DNA of 64,000 nucleotides from an uncultured delta proteobacterium (lineage in GTDB: Bacteria; Desulfobacterota; Binatia; DP-6), in contig CAWFFN010000009.1 of assembly GCA_963815115.1 (NCBI GenBank), forward strand, positions 1,344,001 to 1,408,000, written 5' to 3'. The position numbers and the translations under genes are program-made. The number at the start of each line of letters is the position of its first letter. Position 1 is the first letter of the stretch. The notes below the pieces were generated by a model. That model was not told where the DNA came from and searched no databases. It worked only from the letters and a program-made list of their open reading frames with translations. This document shows positions 18,617-28,619 of the stretch, piece by piece.

Positions 18617-19870
18617 TCACGCGCCGTCGTCCGGACCGGACCGCATCCCGGTGTAGACGGCGCGCAGGCGAAGCGGCGACGGGCGCTCGTACTCCTCGAG
18701 CGCGTGCGCGATCCATCCGGCGATACGGGCGAGTGCGAAGAGCAGCTCGCCCGTGCCGCGCGGCAGCTCGAGGACGTGGCCGAGCGCCGCGATCGCGAGA
18801 TCGACGTTGGGCTGGGGGAAGCGGCGCGCCCGGACGGCGGCGAGCAGGGCCTCGACGGCACGCAGGCGGGTCACGCGGGGCGCCGCCCGGCGCAGCAAGC
18901 GGAGCAGCAGCGCGGCGCGCGGATCGCCGTCGGGATAGAGCGGGTGGCCGAAACCGGGCAGGCGCTCGCCGCCACGCAGGGCGCGCTCGATGACCGGCGC
19001 GGGATCGTCGTGCTCGGCGACCTCGGCCAGCAGCGCCTCGGACGCGAGCGAGGCGGCTCCGTGCCACGCGCCTCCGAGGACGCCGAAGCCGGCGCCGAGC
19101 GCACCGTAGGGATCCGCCCGGTAGGCGGCGGCGATGCGAACGGCGAGGGTGGAGCCAGCGAGCTCGTGATCGGCGAGCAGCACGAGGGCAGCGTCGAGGA
19201 GGGCGACCTGCGCCGGCGCGGGCGGACGCGCGGTGAGGCGGCTCCAGAGGCGTGCGGCGAGAGTGTCCGTCGGCGGCCGGCGCCCGGAGGCCTCGCGGCG
19301 CGCCGGCAGGACCTCCACCAGCGTCACCAGGAGGCTCCGGGCCGCCCGCGCGACGGCGTCCCGGCGCAGGTCGTGGCGGAACGGGTCGGCGCTGGCGAGC
19401 GCGGCGGTGACCAGGCGGATTCGGTCGAAGGGGAGGGCGCGGCTCGGCAGCGCCCGCGCGACGGCGCGACCGAGCGCCACCTGCGCGGGATCGACCGGCC
19501 AGGACGGCTCGCCGTCGGGCAGCGTGCCCGTCCACAGCAGCTCGGCCACGCGCTCGAAGCTCGCGGTGCGCGCCAGCTCGCCCGCGGCGTGACCACGATA
19601 GGTATGGCCGCCGGGCTCGATCGACGTCACGGCGGACTCGATGCGCAGCTCCGGGCGCGACTGGCCGCTCGCACCACGTCCGCGCGACGCGAGCCGGTCG
19701 ACCGCGGCGGGGTCGAACCAGCTGCCGCGATGCCCGGGACGCTGCTGGCGCACGAGCCGGCCACGGCTGACGTAGGCATACAGGGTCGCCGGCTTCACGC
19801 CGAGCGCGGCCGCCGTCTCCCGCGCGTTCAGCAGCCGGCGCTGCTCGTCGTCACGCCGGGCTGCCTTCAT
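18617..19870 (-). CDS. Citrate synthase-like protein with N-terminal HTH (MerR/excisionase-like)
   Basis: LNARETAAALGVKPATLYAYVSRG HTH; ADHEL, WHGAA, PGFGHPLY, PNVD, ARIAGWIAHALEE. Confidence 0.88.
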   Translation of the reverse strand: MKAARRDDEQRRLLNARETAAALGVKPATLYAYVSRGRLVRQQRPGHRGSWFDPAAVDRLASRGRGASGQSRPELRIESAVTSIEPGGHTYRGHAAGELARTASFERVAELLWTGTLPDGEPSWPVDPAQVALGRAVARALPSRALPFDRIRLVTAALASADPFRHDLRRDAVARAARSLLVTLVEVLPARREASGRRPPTDTLAARLWSRLTARPPAPAQVALLDAALVLLADHELAGSTLAVRIAAAYRADPYGALGAGFGVLGGAWHGAASLASEALLAEVAEHDDPAPVIERALRGGERLPGFGHPLYPDGDPRAALLLRLLRRAAPRVTRLRAVEALLAAVRARRFPQPNVDLAIAALGHVLELPRGTGELLFALARIAGWIAHALEEYERPSPLRLRAVYTGMRSGPDDGA

Positions 19871-19916
19871 ATTGATTGCCACTCAATCTTGATCAACCTC
19901 ACGATCTGATCAATAT
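19869..19916. promoter_or_regulatory. Palindrome-rich operator region between divergent citrate synthase genes
   Basis: ATATTGAT...ATCAATAT outer inverted repeat, ATTGA-N7-TCAAT, TTGATCAA and TGATCA palindromes in an AT-rich 48 bp. Confidence 0.65.
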
Positions 19917-19941
19917 CAGGAGCGACAGGAGGACGACAACC

Positions 19942-21441
19942 ATGGAGCTGCACCTGGCGGACCTGATGAATCCCACCCCTCTCACGGCGGCGCCGGCCGA
20001 CTCGCTCGCCGCGGCCGCGCACGCGATGCGGGCGCGGGACGTGAGCTCGGCGATCGTCGTGCGGGAGGGTGCCGTGGTCGGCATCCTGACCGAGCGCGAC
20101 CTCGCCCGTGCCTGCGCCGCCGGTGCGCCGGCCGCCGAGGCGCCGGTGGCGACCTGGATGACGCCAGAGCCGGTCACCATGGAGCCCGGCTGCGAGATCA
20201 CGGTCGCCCTCGAGCGCATGCTGGAGCGCAACGTGCGCCACCTGCCGGTATGCGAGAACGGCCGGCTCGCGGGCACCGTCTCGCTCCGCCAGCTCGTGCG
20301 GGCCGCCAGCCTGCGCCGGGTCGACCCGTGGACGCCCGGGACCGCTCGCGGGCTCGAGAACGTCACCGTCGCCGAGACCCGCCTGTCGCTCATCGACGCC
20401 ACCGGCGGACACCTGATCTACGCCGGCCACGACGCCGTGCGGCTCGCGGGCGAGCGCTCGTTCGAGGACGTCTGGCACCTGCTGCTGCACGACGAGCTGC
20501 CGGCCGACGACGGCTTCGCCAGCCGCCTGTGCACGCTGCGCGAGCTGCCCCTGCCCGCGTCCACCCTGCGCGCGCTCGCGAGCGCCGACGGTGCCATGAT
20601 GTCGAAGCTCGAGGCCGCGATGGCGGCCACGGGCGCCGCGCGGGGGCTCGGACCCTGGTACGAGCGCGAGCCGTCCCAGATCGAGGAGGAGGCGGTGCGC
20701 CTCGCGGCCGTCGTGCCGTCGCTGGTGGCTGCGCTCTGGCGCCTGGGTCGGGGCCTCGACCCGGTGCCGTCCGATCCATCCCTCGGTCACGTCGCGAACT
20801 ACCTCTGGATGCTGAACGGCCGCCGGCCGAGCCCGGCGCAGGTCACCGCGGCGCAGCGCTACCTGATCCTCACCGCCGAGCACGGCATGAACGCGTCCAC
20901 CTTCACGGCCCGCGTCATCGCCTCGACGGGGGCCGATGTCGCGGCCGCGCTCGTCGGCGCCGCGGGCGCGCTCTCCGGCCCGCTCCACGGCGGCTCCCCG
21001 TCGCTCGTCCTGGACATGCTGGACGAGATCGGCACGGCGGAGCGTGCCCGCCCGTGGATCGCGGATGCCATCCGCCGCCGCCGGCGCCTGATGGGATTCG
21101 GCCATCGCGTCTACCGCACGGAGGACCCGCGCGCGGCGTGTCTGCGAGCGACGGCGGAGGAGGTGGGAGCGAGCCGGCTCGCCCTCGCGCGTGCGGTCGA
21201 GACGGAGGCACTCGAGCAGCTGCGGGTGGCCAAGCCGGACCGTGTGCTGGCGACCAACGTCGAGTTCTGGGCTGCGGTGACGCTCGAGGCGGCCGGGCTG
21301 CCCCGCGAGCTGTTCACCCCGACGTTCGCGATCGCGCGCACCGCCGGCTGGACGGCGCACCTCCTCGAGCAGGTCCGCGACAACCGCCTGATCCGGCCGG
21401 CCGCGGCCTACGTGGGGCGGACGGAGCGGCCGGCGCCGTAG
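19942..21441 (+). CDS. CBS-pair / citrate synthase (CitA-type) fusion
   Basis: Two CBS repeats (GILTERDL, RHLPV) then GLENV, AEHGMNASTF, PLHGG, MGFGHRVY, NVEFW, RLIRP; AGGAGG RBS. Confidence 0.88.
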   Translation: MELHLADLMNPTPLTAAPADSLAAAAHAMRARDVSSAIVVREGAVVGILTERDLARACAAGAPAAEAPVATWMTPEPVTMEPGCEITVALERMLERNVRHLPVCENGRLAGTVSLRQLVRAASLRRVDPWTPGTARGLENVTVAETRLSLIDATGGHLIYAGHDAVRLAGERSFEDVWHLLLHDELPADDGFASRLCTLRELPLPASTLRALASADGAMMSKLEAAMAATGAARGLGPWYEREPSQIEEEAVRLAAVVPSLVAALWRLGRGLDPVPSDPSLGHVANYLWMLNGRRPSPAQVTAAQRYLILTAEHGMNASTFTARVIASTGADVAAALVGAAGALSGPLHGGSPSLVLDMLDEIGTAERARPWIADAIRRRRRLMGFGHRVYRTEDPRAACLRATAEEVGASRLALARAVETEALEQLRVAKPDRVLATNVEFWAAVTLEAAGLPRELFTPTFAIARTAGWTAHLLEQVRDNRLIRPAAAYVGRTERPAP

Positions 21442-21496
21442 TCGGGTGCCCGGGAGCACGCGGAGCGATCTGCCCTTCGCCATCGCGCCGAGCGGC

Positions 21497-22150
21497 CTAG
21501 GTGAGTCGCTGGTGGCGCGGGTCGCCGGCGGGGGTGCGCCTTGCGATGTCGCGCGCATCCCACGCACGTCCGATCTGGCGCATGAGCGCCGGGTAGACGA
21601 TGAGGTGCCGGAAGGGCTCGATGAGCTTCAGGTAAGCGTCGCCAAGCCAGCCGCGGGGCTTCACGTAGACGCCCATCTGCGCACGATAACGGCCATCGCC
21701 GTCCTCGACCCATCCGAGGTGAAGAACGCCATGCACGGTGTCGTTTGAGATCTCGGCAGCCCACTCGTCGTCGGTCCGGTACAGGGGAACAAAGCCGCCG
21801 GCGGCTCGCCGCATCGTCCTGCCGATGAGGGGACCGTTCGCGCTACCTCGAAGGCGATCGGAAAGGCGTGCGGCGAGCGTCGTCTCGCTGCACCCCGGGA
21901 TCGGACGCTGCTTCGTCGCATCGTCCCACCCGAGCCAGTCTCCCAGGCGAAGTCGCACCCAGAAGAGCGCGCTGCTCACCGTTGACCCTGCGTCGGCGGG
22001 ATCGATGGAGGCCATCGCCTCGAGGAAGGAGTGGAAGTCGTGCAGGCCCCCTTGGACCGGCAGCGCCCAGACGTCGAGCAGCTTGAAGTCGGGGGCGATC
22101 TCGCGGATCACCCAGGGACGCGCTTCGTGGGCGGAGTTTGGCAGCCTCAT
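21497..22150 (-). CDS. DUF2867-like protein
   Basis: MRLPNSAHEARPWVIREIAPDFKLLDVW, EISNDTVHGVLHLGW, VYVKPRGWLG..Y...IEPFRH. Confidence 0.7.
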   Translation of the reverse strand: MRLPNSAHEARPWVIREIAPDFKLLDVWALPVQGGLHDFHSFLEAMASIDPADAGSTVSSALFWVRLRLGDWLGWDDATKQRPIPGCSETTLAARLSDRLRGSANGPLIGRTMRRAAGGFVPLYRTDDEWAAEISNDTVHGVLHLGWVEDGDGRYRAQMGVYVKPRGWLGDAYLKLIEPFRHLIVYPALMRQIGRAWDARDIARRTPAGDPRHQRLT

Positions 22151-22626
22151 GCGGCAATACCCTTCGCAGAGATGACCTTCGCCGCGTGGCGCAACAGACC
22201 GGGCATCGCCTGGCGATGGCCGACGGACAGCGGTGGCCAGACGAGTGCCGCCACCGGCCGGTCGTACCGGATGAACGTGGCGACGGAGACCTGCTCGTCG
22301 CCGACCTGGAAGGCGATCTGGGCGGTCAGGAACCACGAGGCGGCCTCGAGCACGATCCAGCTGCCGCCGCGATCGACGATCTTCCACCCGGCCACGTGGT
22401 CCCGCGAAGGCCGCCGCTCGAGACGCAAGCCGAGGAGCACGCGCCAGACGAACTGTCCCGCGAGCCCGGCGGCGTCATCGACCCCAGCACGGGCCCACTC
22501 CTCCGGTGACTTGTCTGCGGCAGCACCCGGCGTGAGCGTGAAGAGGTCGGCGTAGTCCTGTTTCGCCAGGGTGCTGAGGGAGCGAATCGTCTCCGGGACG
22601 TAGCCCTGCTCGAGAACCGTCGTCAT
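22147..22626 (-). CDS. DUF2867-related hypothetical protein
   Basis: DYADLF, SPEEWAR, VATFIRY, VWPPLSVGHR; ATGA overlap with downstream gene. Confidence 0.65.
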   Translation of the reverse strand: MTTVLEQGYVPETIRSLSTLAKQDYADLFTLTPGAAADKSPEEWARAGVDDAAGLAGQFVWRVLLGLRLERRPSRDHVAGWKIVDRGGSWIVLEAASWFLTAQIAFQVGDEQVSVATFIRYDRPVAALVWPPLSVGHRQAMPGLLRHAAKVISAKGIAA

Positions 22627-23076
22627 GCGTGGCCTCCTTGGCTGTACATCACGAAGATTCAGGATATACTGAACACTCAGAATTGTCCAGGAGGCGGCAG
22701 GGGATGGGATCGGGCATCCTGACCCGGCACGCCGCGTCACGAGGGGAGCGGTTCGGGGCGCTCCGCGAGGGACGGGGCCACGCGAGGCATCGACCGAGAG
22801 CGAATGGGTCGCGCGGGCGCTGGAAGCGCTCTAGTGCCTCCGGGCGCGACATGCAGCTTCGTGGTAGACCAGCCGCAACGATGTGAGATCCCGCCCGTTG
22901 GCAGCTGGCCGCGCATCCAGGTTCGCAGCATAGTGCGCTGACGTTGCAAGAAGCCGACCTGCAAGACCTCTTACTTGACACAAGCGTCGCCTCGGCCCGT
23001 ACTCGGCCATGCCGGAGGAACAGCCGCTCCAGCGGCCAGCGCCGGCAACGTGGGACAGGAGGCGCCCGTGCAGTCG

Positions 23077-25683
23077 ATGCGGTCGATGCAGGGGGATGGT
23101 GTCCGTCGCGTCAGGGTGGCGCTTCTTTCTGCGGCGTTGCTCGGGAGCCGCCTGGCCGCGGCCCAGCCCCTCTGGATGCCGCCGCCCGAACCCGTGGTCC
23201 CGCCACAGATTCCGGCGACCAGCGAGCGCGACCGCGACGGGAACAGGATCGACGATGCGCTGGACGGAGAGCTGTCCGATCTGCATGCGGCACTCGGGAC
23301 CGCCACCGCCCCCGCGGTGGTCGCCGAGCTCGGTGCCCGGCTCACGGCGCCGGTCCGCATCGAGCTCGTGTTCTCCGGCCAGATCACCCAGCAGCAGATC
23401 GACAGCTTCCTCGCGCTCGGAGGCGAGATCGACCACGTCTACCTGGCGGTCAGCTACGGGTGGACGGGCCGTCTGGCGCGGTCCGCGCTGGAGTCGCTCC
23501 CCGGCGCGATGGGTTCGTCTCTGGTGCTGGTGGTCGGGGACCGGCCGGCGCGGCTCCACCTCGACGAGGCCACGCGCACCGGGCGCGCGCGGCCGGTATG
23601 GGCGAGCGGTTTCGCCGGCAGCGCGTCGGGCTTCTCCGGCAGCAGCGACGTCACGATCGCCGTCCTCGACACGGGGGTCGACGACTCCCATGCCGACCTC
23701 GCGGGGAGAATGGAGTTCTGGAAGGACTACACGGTGGACCTCGAGCCCGCGCCGCGTGACATCCTGCAGCACGGCTCGCACGTGACCGGCATCGCGCTCG
23801 GGACCGGAGCGAGCTTCGGGCTCGGCCCGGGCCCGTTGACCTACACCGACAGCGGCGACCTGACGGGCATCCCGGCGGGCTACTTCCTTCCCAGCCTGGT
23901 CCACCTCCCCGCGGCGTCACTCACCTTCACGGAGAACGCGACCTGGCTGGGCGGGGGCTCGACGAACCTGTTCGGGGCGTTCCGGGCCAACGGAGGCGGC
24001 TCGGTCTTCTCCCTCTCACCGCCGACGTTCGGCTCGTCGGGCATCACCGAATCCAACACCTTCACTCCCTCCACCACCAATGGCTACACGACCGGCCTGG
24101 TGCAGAACGCGGGCTCCACCATCTCGCGCTACGCCATCGTCAACACCGTGACCAACTATCCGGCGGTCGGCGACGGGTTCGACGTGCTCCGCGGCGTGGC
24201 GCCCGGCTCGCGGTGGGCGGGGGCCAAGGTGTTCACGAACGCGGGCGGGGGATCGAATCTCGACGTCGGCGCCGCGATGGACGACATGGTGACGCAGCGT
24301 ATCGCCCACAACATCAAGGTCGCGAACATGAGCCTGGGCACCATCGGCGACCCGGGTCTCGACACGACCGAACGTGCGAAGGCCAACACCATGGTCGAGA
24401 ACGGGATCGTGCTCGTGGTGTCGGCCGGAAACGACGGTCCTGGCACGGCGGAAGACAACGTGGTCGACGATCCCGGGCGCGCGGCGCTCGTCGTCACCGT
24501 CGCCGCCAGCAATGACGTCAACGAGCTGACCAGCTACACCAGCAGCGGCTTCCTCTCGCCGGGCCCGGACGAGGATGACAAGCCCGACGTGATGGCGCCG
24601 GGAGGATCGAGCTTCTACTCGGCGATTCTCTCCGTCGACAGCAACGATGCCGACGCGGCGATGGCCGGTTTCGCCGACCGGGTGCCGAACGACTACTCCA
24701 GCATCATGGGGACCTCGATGGCGGCGCCGTTCGTCGCCGGCTCGGCGAGCCTGCTGATCGACGCGCTGGAACGGGCAGGGCTGACATGGAGCTTCACGTC
24801 GAGCGCGCACCCCTTGCTCGTCAAGATGCTGCTCTGTGCCTCCGCGACCGAGTCGAACGCGAACCGCGAAGCGGGAAGCGGCAGCGACCCCACCCTGGGC
24901 CGCGCCGCTGTCCCGAAGGACCGCTTCGAGGGCTACGGGCTCATCAACCCCGATGCCGCCATCGAAGCGGTGACCCTCACGTACGCCGGCGGTGTCCTGA
25001 GCGATTCCACCTCGGGAGGTCGATTCGACCGCCGTGCCTGGGGACGAAGGATGGCGCTGGCGGCGGGGGTGCCCGTCAGCCTCGTCCTGACCGTGTCGGC
25101 GACGGCCGACTACGACCTCTACCTCTATGGCGGCGTCCCGGAGAGCAAGGGCAACCCCGTCATCCTGGCGTCGAGCACGAGCGCGGGCCTCGACGTGGAC
25201 GAGACGATCGGCTTCACGCCCAGCGCGACCGGGACGGCGTACCTCTTCATCAAACGGGTTTCGGGAAGCGGCAGCTGGTCGCTGTCGAGCTCCGGCGTTG
25301 CGCCGACCTCCACCACGACGACCCCCGTCACGATGACCTCCACCACCACGACGCCCATCGCCACCACGACCACCACCACGGTTCCCTGCCTCACGCCACG
25401 CTGCCGCATGGCTGCGGCGTTCGAGGGACCTTCCTGCGCGGGTGAGCCGATTCCGCGGGAAATCCGCACCGGCGTCGATCGCGCGCTCGAGCAGGCCCAA
25501 GAAGCAAGCACGAGCCGGCCGAAGCGGGCGAGAAGCCTGGTGCGGAGGGCGCGTCGCGTGCTGGAGGAGGCAGCCACTGCCGCCAAGCGGGCCGCGAAGG
25601 GCAAGCGGCCGAAGCTGTCGCCCACCTGCGCGAGCGTGCTCGCCGCCGCGGCCAGGGAGGTGCGCGGCGAGCTTACGCCCTGA
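23077..25683 (+). CDS. Secreted S8 (subtilisin-family) serine peptidase with Thr-rich linker and Cys-containing C-terminal domain
   Basis: Signal peptide; triad AVLDTG, HGSHVTG, GTSMAAP; SAGN oxyanion; start codon uncertain. Confidence 0.88.
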   Translation: MRSMQGDGVRRVRVALLSAALLGSRLAAAQPLWMPPPEPVVPPQIPATSERDRDGNRIDDALDGELSDLHAALGTATAPAVVAELGARLTAPVRIELVFSGQITQQQIDSFLALGGEIDHVYLAVSYGWTGRLARSALESLPGAMGSSLVLVVGDRPARLHLDEATRTGRARPVWASGFAGSASGFSGSSDVTIAVLDTGVDDSHADLAGRMEFWKDYTVDLEPAPRDILQHGSHVTGIALGTGASFGLGPGPLTYTDSGDLTGIPAGYFLPSLVHLPAASLTFTENATWLGGGSTNLFGAFRANGGGSVFSLSPPTFGSSGITESNTFTPSTTNGYTTGLVQNAGSTISRYAIVNTVTNYPAVGDGFDVLRGVAPGSRWAGAKVFTNAGGGSNLDVGAAMDDMVTQRIAHNIKVANMSLGTIGDPGLDTTERAKANTMVENGIVLVVSAGNDGPGTAEDNVVDDPGRAALVVTVAASNDVNELTSYTSSGFLSPGPDEDDKPDVMAPGGSSFYSAILSVDSNDADAAMAGFADRVPNDYSSIMGTSMAAPFVAGSASLLIDALERAGLTWSFTSSAHPLLVKMLLCASATESNANREAGSGSDPTLGRAAVPKDRFEGYGLINPDAAIEAVTLTYAGGVLSDSTSGGRFDRRAWGRRMALAAGVPVSLVLTVSATADYDLYLYGGVPESKGNPVILASSTSAGLDVDETIGFTPSATGTAYLFIKRVSGSGSWSLSSSGVAPTSTTTTPVTMTSTTTTPIATTTTTTVPCLTPRCRMAAAFEGPSCAGEPIPREIRTGVDRALEQAQEASTSRPKRARSLVRRARRVLEEAATAAKRAAKGKRPKLSPTCASVLAAAAREVRGELTP

Positions 25684-25879
25684 GCGCGGCGGCCGGCCGC
25701 CAGCGTCGGCCAGACGCCGAGGCGGGTGGTCCCGACGCCGTTCGGGCGCTCGATCGCCGTCCTGGTCCGAACGGCTTGGCGGCCTCCCCTTTTCTTGCGA
25801 TCGACGAACGACCGGCACACGGGGTGTATGCTCATGATGTGCGCTTCCCGGGCGGAATCTCCACCCGAGGGACTCACCG

Positions 25880-28360
25880 ATGCAGGTTTCGCGCGCGATC
25901 GTGGTGGTGATGAGCGTGCTCCTCCTGACGGCGGGAGGGTCGCGGAGCGGCCGGCCGCGAGCAGGACGCTGCCAGGACGGTCGTTTCGAGGTCGCAGCGA
26001 GTGACGCGCAGCGTATCGCCGACCTGGTCGGTGAGGCGCCGGTCGCCGCCGAGCTGAGCGGGCGGCGGCTCACGCTGGGAAGCTGCGCGGCGGTCCCGGC
26101 CCGAGTGAAATCCCACCGGCGCTTCACGGCGGTCCGCGCTCGTTGGCCGCGGTGCCTCGGCACTCGAGGCCTCCGGTTCATCGGCCGAATTCCGGCACCG
26201 GCGTGCGACGAGCTGTCGGCGGTGCTCCGCGGGCGTTTTCCCGGGCGGCGGCACTTCACCGCGATCCGCGCGCCGCGACCGCCGTCGCAAGCATTGATCG
26301 CGACCGCGTTGCGCGATGGCGTCATCGACTACCCGACGTCGCTCGTCTATCGCACCTGGGCGCTCTTCCACGATCCGCGACTGCCCGAGGCGTTCGACGG
26401 CTCGGGCCCGGCCGGTGACGACGGATTGCTCTTCGCCGAGGTGCGCGTGATGGCGGCTGCCCTGCCGCCGCCTGCCCGGGCGGAGATCGAGGCGTACCTG
26501 CTCAGACCGGACGATCCTCGCAGCCCCTTCGGCCCGTCCGTCGCCGCCCGCGACGGCCGCGCGGCGAGCGCCGAGCGCGGCGCAGACGTCGCCACGGGTT
26601 GCACCAGCCATTGGAGCGGCGTCGTGACGCCCCGCGGCCATTTCAAGATCTGGCTCTGCGCCACCGCGGACTCGGCAGCGGACGAGAGCGTACGCAGCTA
26701 CGTAGCCGCGCTGGCCGACGATTTCTGGGACGCGATGACGCCGGCCATGGGGCCACCACGGCCCGACGCCGACGGCGGCGACGATCGAGTCGACGTCTAC
26801 GTGCTCGGTCCGAACCAATGTCGAGTGCGTGAGGGCGAGTGCCTGCCCATCCCAGGCAGCGCCGTCGCCGCAGCCTATCCGGTGGCGCCGTTCGCCTCGA
26901 ACGGCCGCGGCGGGCAGGTCGCGAGCGGCGTCATCGTGGTCGATCGGACGCGCATTGCCGACCTTGCCGCGGACCTCGCACACGAGTTCTTCCACGTCCT
27001 GCAGTTCGCGCACAACGAGGCGGCGCGGCTCATCGACACCGGCCAGCGCCTCGGCGACGTCCCGGTGCTCGACGGAAGCTGGTTCGTCGAGGCCTCTGCC
27101 ACCTGGGCCGAGTGGTGGTGGGCGCCGGCGACCCGCCGCACCCTGCACCAGGCGAACTTTGTCGGCCGGTTCCAGGGCGCCGTCGCGTCCTTGCTGACGA
27201 CCGACCCGCCGCTCCACCCCTACGGCGCGTACATCTGGCCGTATTTCGTGCACCAGGAGCGCGGCGCCGCTGCCGTCGTCCAGGCATGGTTCGACGCGGA
27301 GCCGGCGACGACGCCGGTCGGGATCGACGACGCGGTGGATGCCCAGCTGCCGTTCACCACGGCGTTCCGGGACTTCGCCGTCCGCAACCTGAACGTCGAC
27401 CTCCCCGGCAACCCGCTGGGCACCCGCTACGTCGCACAGGATCCCGACAACTTCCCCGACGACGTCCCGCCCCGGCAGGTGACCGACGACGGCAGCCCGC
27501 TCGTCGTGTTGCCGGAGACGAGTCTCAGCCAGCCGGTCGGCGTCGAGCCGTTGGCGGCGCAGTATGATCGCCTGCTGGTCGACCCGGGCGTCGAGGGGCT
27601 CGAGATCGACTTCGGCGGTGTCACGCCGGCGGCCACACTCGACGTCGACGCGATCGTCGAGGTCGGCGGGACGTGGCGCCGTGTGCGGGCGTCGGGTGGC
27701 CGCCTGGCGTTCTGCCGCCTGCGGCCCGAGGAGGCGGTCGATCAGCTCTACCTCGTCCTGGCCAACCATGACCGGACCCGTGCGGCGCGCGGAGGACCAG
27801 GGCCTGCGGTGGCGGGAACCTACGACGTCACGACCGGACCGTGCGCCGTCACGACCACGACGACGACGTCCCCGACGAGCACGTCGCTCGCGCCCGGGTG
27901 CTCGGATCGCGATCGCTGGCACGCACGGCTCGAGATCGACGAGAGCGGCGTCCGTCCCACCCACGTCGTCCGAACGGTGAGGGAGGTCGACGGGCACGGC
28001 GGCGCGCGGGGGAGCTACACGGTCCACGAGACATCGGAGCTCGACGACGGCGGTACCATCGAGCGCGACTACTCGGGCGCGGGCTTCTACATCGGCGGGG
28101 GGCAGGTCCGCGCCTGTGGCGACGACGGGACCCTCCTGTGGGCCGACGACGCCGCCGAGGTCACCTTTTCCATCAGCTGTGCGCCCGGGAGCGACCCGAC
28201 GCAGCTCGAGACGGCGCGAACCCGGCTGGTGTGCGACAACTGCCTCTGCGTCGTCTTCGCGGAGGACCACCACGGCGGCTGGCTCTGTTGTCCGGCGGTC
28301 CCCGATCCGCTCGTGTGCCAGGGGGCCTGGCGGCTGACGACCGGCGGCGTGTGCCCGTGA
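25880..28360 (+). CDS. Secreted putative zinc metallopeptidase (HEXXH) with modular N- and C-terminal domains
   Basis: Signal peptide; AHEFFHVLQF followed by WFVEASATWAE (gluzincin-like third ligand); Thr-rich linker; Cys-rich tail. Confidence 0.7.
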   Translation: MQVSRAIVVVMSVLLLTAGGSRSGRPRAGRCQDGRFEVAASDAQRIADLVGEAPVAAELSGRRLTLGSCAAVPARVKSHRRFTAVRARWPRCLGTRGLRFIGRIPAPACDELSAVLRGRFPGRRHFTAIRAPRPPSQALIATALRDGVIDYPTSLVYRTWALFHDPRLPEAFDGSGPAGDDGLLFAEVRVMAAALPPPARAEIEAYLLRPDDPRSPFGPSVAARDGRAASAERGADVATGCTSHWSGVVTPRGHFKIWLCATADSAADESVRSYVAALADDFWDAMTPAMGPPRPDADGGDDRVDVYVLGPNQCRVREGECLPIPGSAVAAAYPVAPFASNGRGGQVASGVIVVDRTRIADLAADLAHEFFHVLQFAHNEAARLIDTGQRLGDVPVLDGSWFVEASATWAEWWWAPATRRTLHQANFVGRFQGAVASLLTTDPPLHPYGAYIWPYFVHQERGAAAVVQAWFDAEPATTPVGIDDAVDAQLPFTTAFRDFAVRNLNVDLPGNPLGTRYVAQDPDNFPDDVPPRQVTDDGSPLVVLPETSLSQPVGVEPLAAQYDRLLVDPGVEGLEIDFGGVTPAATLDVDAIVEVGGTWRRVRASGGRLAFCRLRPEEAVDQLYLVLANHDRTRAARGGPGPAVAGTYDVTTGPCAVTTTTTTSPTSTSLAPGCSDRDRWHARLEIDESGVRPTHVVRTVREVDGHGGARGSYTVHETSELDDGGTIERDYSGAGFYIGGGQVRACGDDGTLLWADDAAEVTFSISCAPGSDPTQLETARTRLVCDNCLCVVFAEDHHGGWLCCPAVPDPLVCQGAWRLTTGGVCP

Positions 28361-28439
28361 GTCTGGCCCCGCCTCGGCCCTGTCTCCCTCCACCCTGCCA
28401 GCTCTGGGCCAGCTCTGGCGGCCCCCAGCCGCGCTGCGC

Positions 28440-28619
28440 TCAGTGATTGTTCGCGTCGACCTCGACGATCGTACCGCAGATCACCGCGCGGAGGAGCAGC
28501 TCGCCGCGGTCCCCCGGGACGTCCCGGATGAAGGCGAGGGGGTCCGGGCTCGCATGCCCTTGCACGTCGCCGCGGTCGTCCATGTAGACGCTCAGGTAGG
28601 TATGGCGGCACTCGGCCAT
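28440..28619 (-). CDS. Small hypothetical protein (59 aa)
   Basis: Manual translation MAECRHTYLSVYMDDRGDVQ...IVEVDANNH*; GC3-biased codons; below ORF-track cut-off. Confidence 0.35.
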   Translation of the reverse strand: MAECRHTYLSVYMDDRGDVQGHASPDPLAFIRDVPGDRGELLLRAVICGTIVEVDANNH

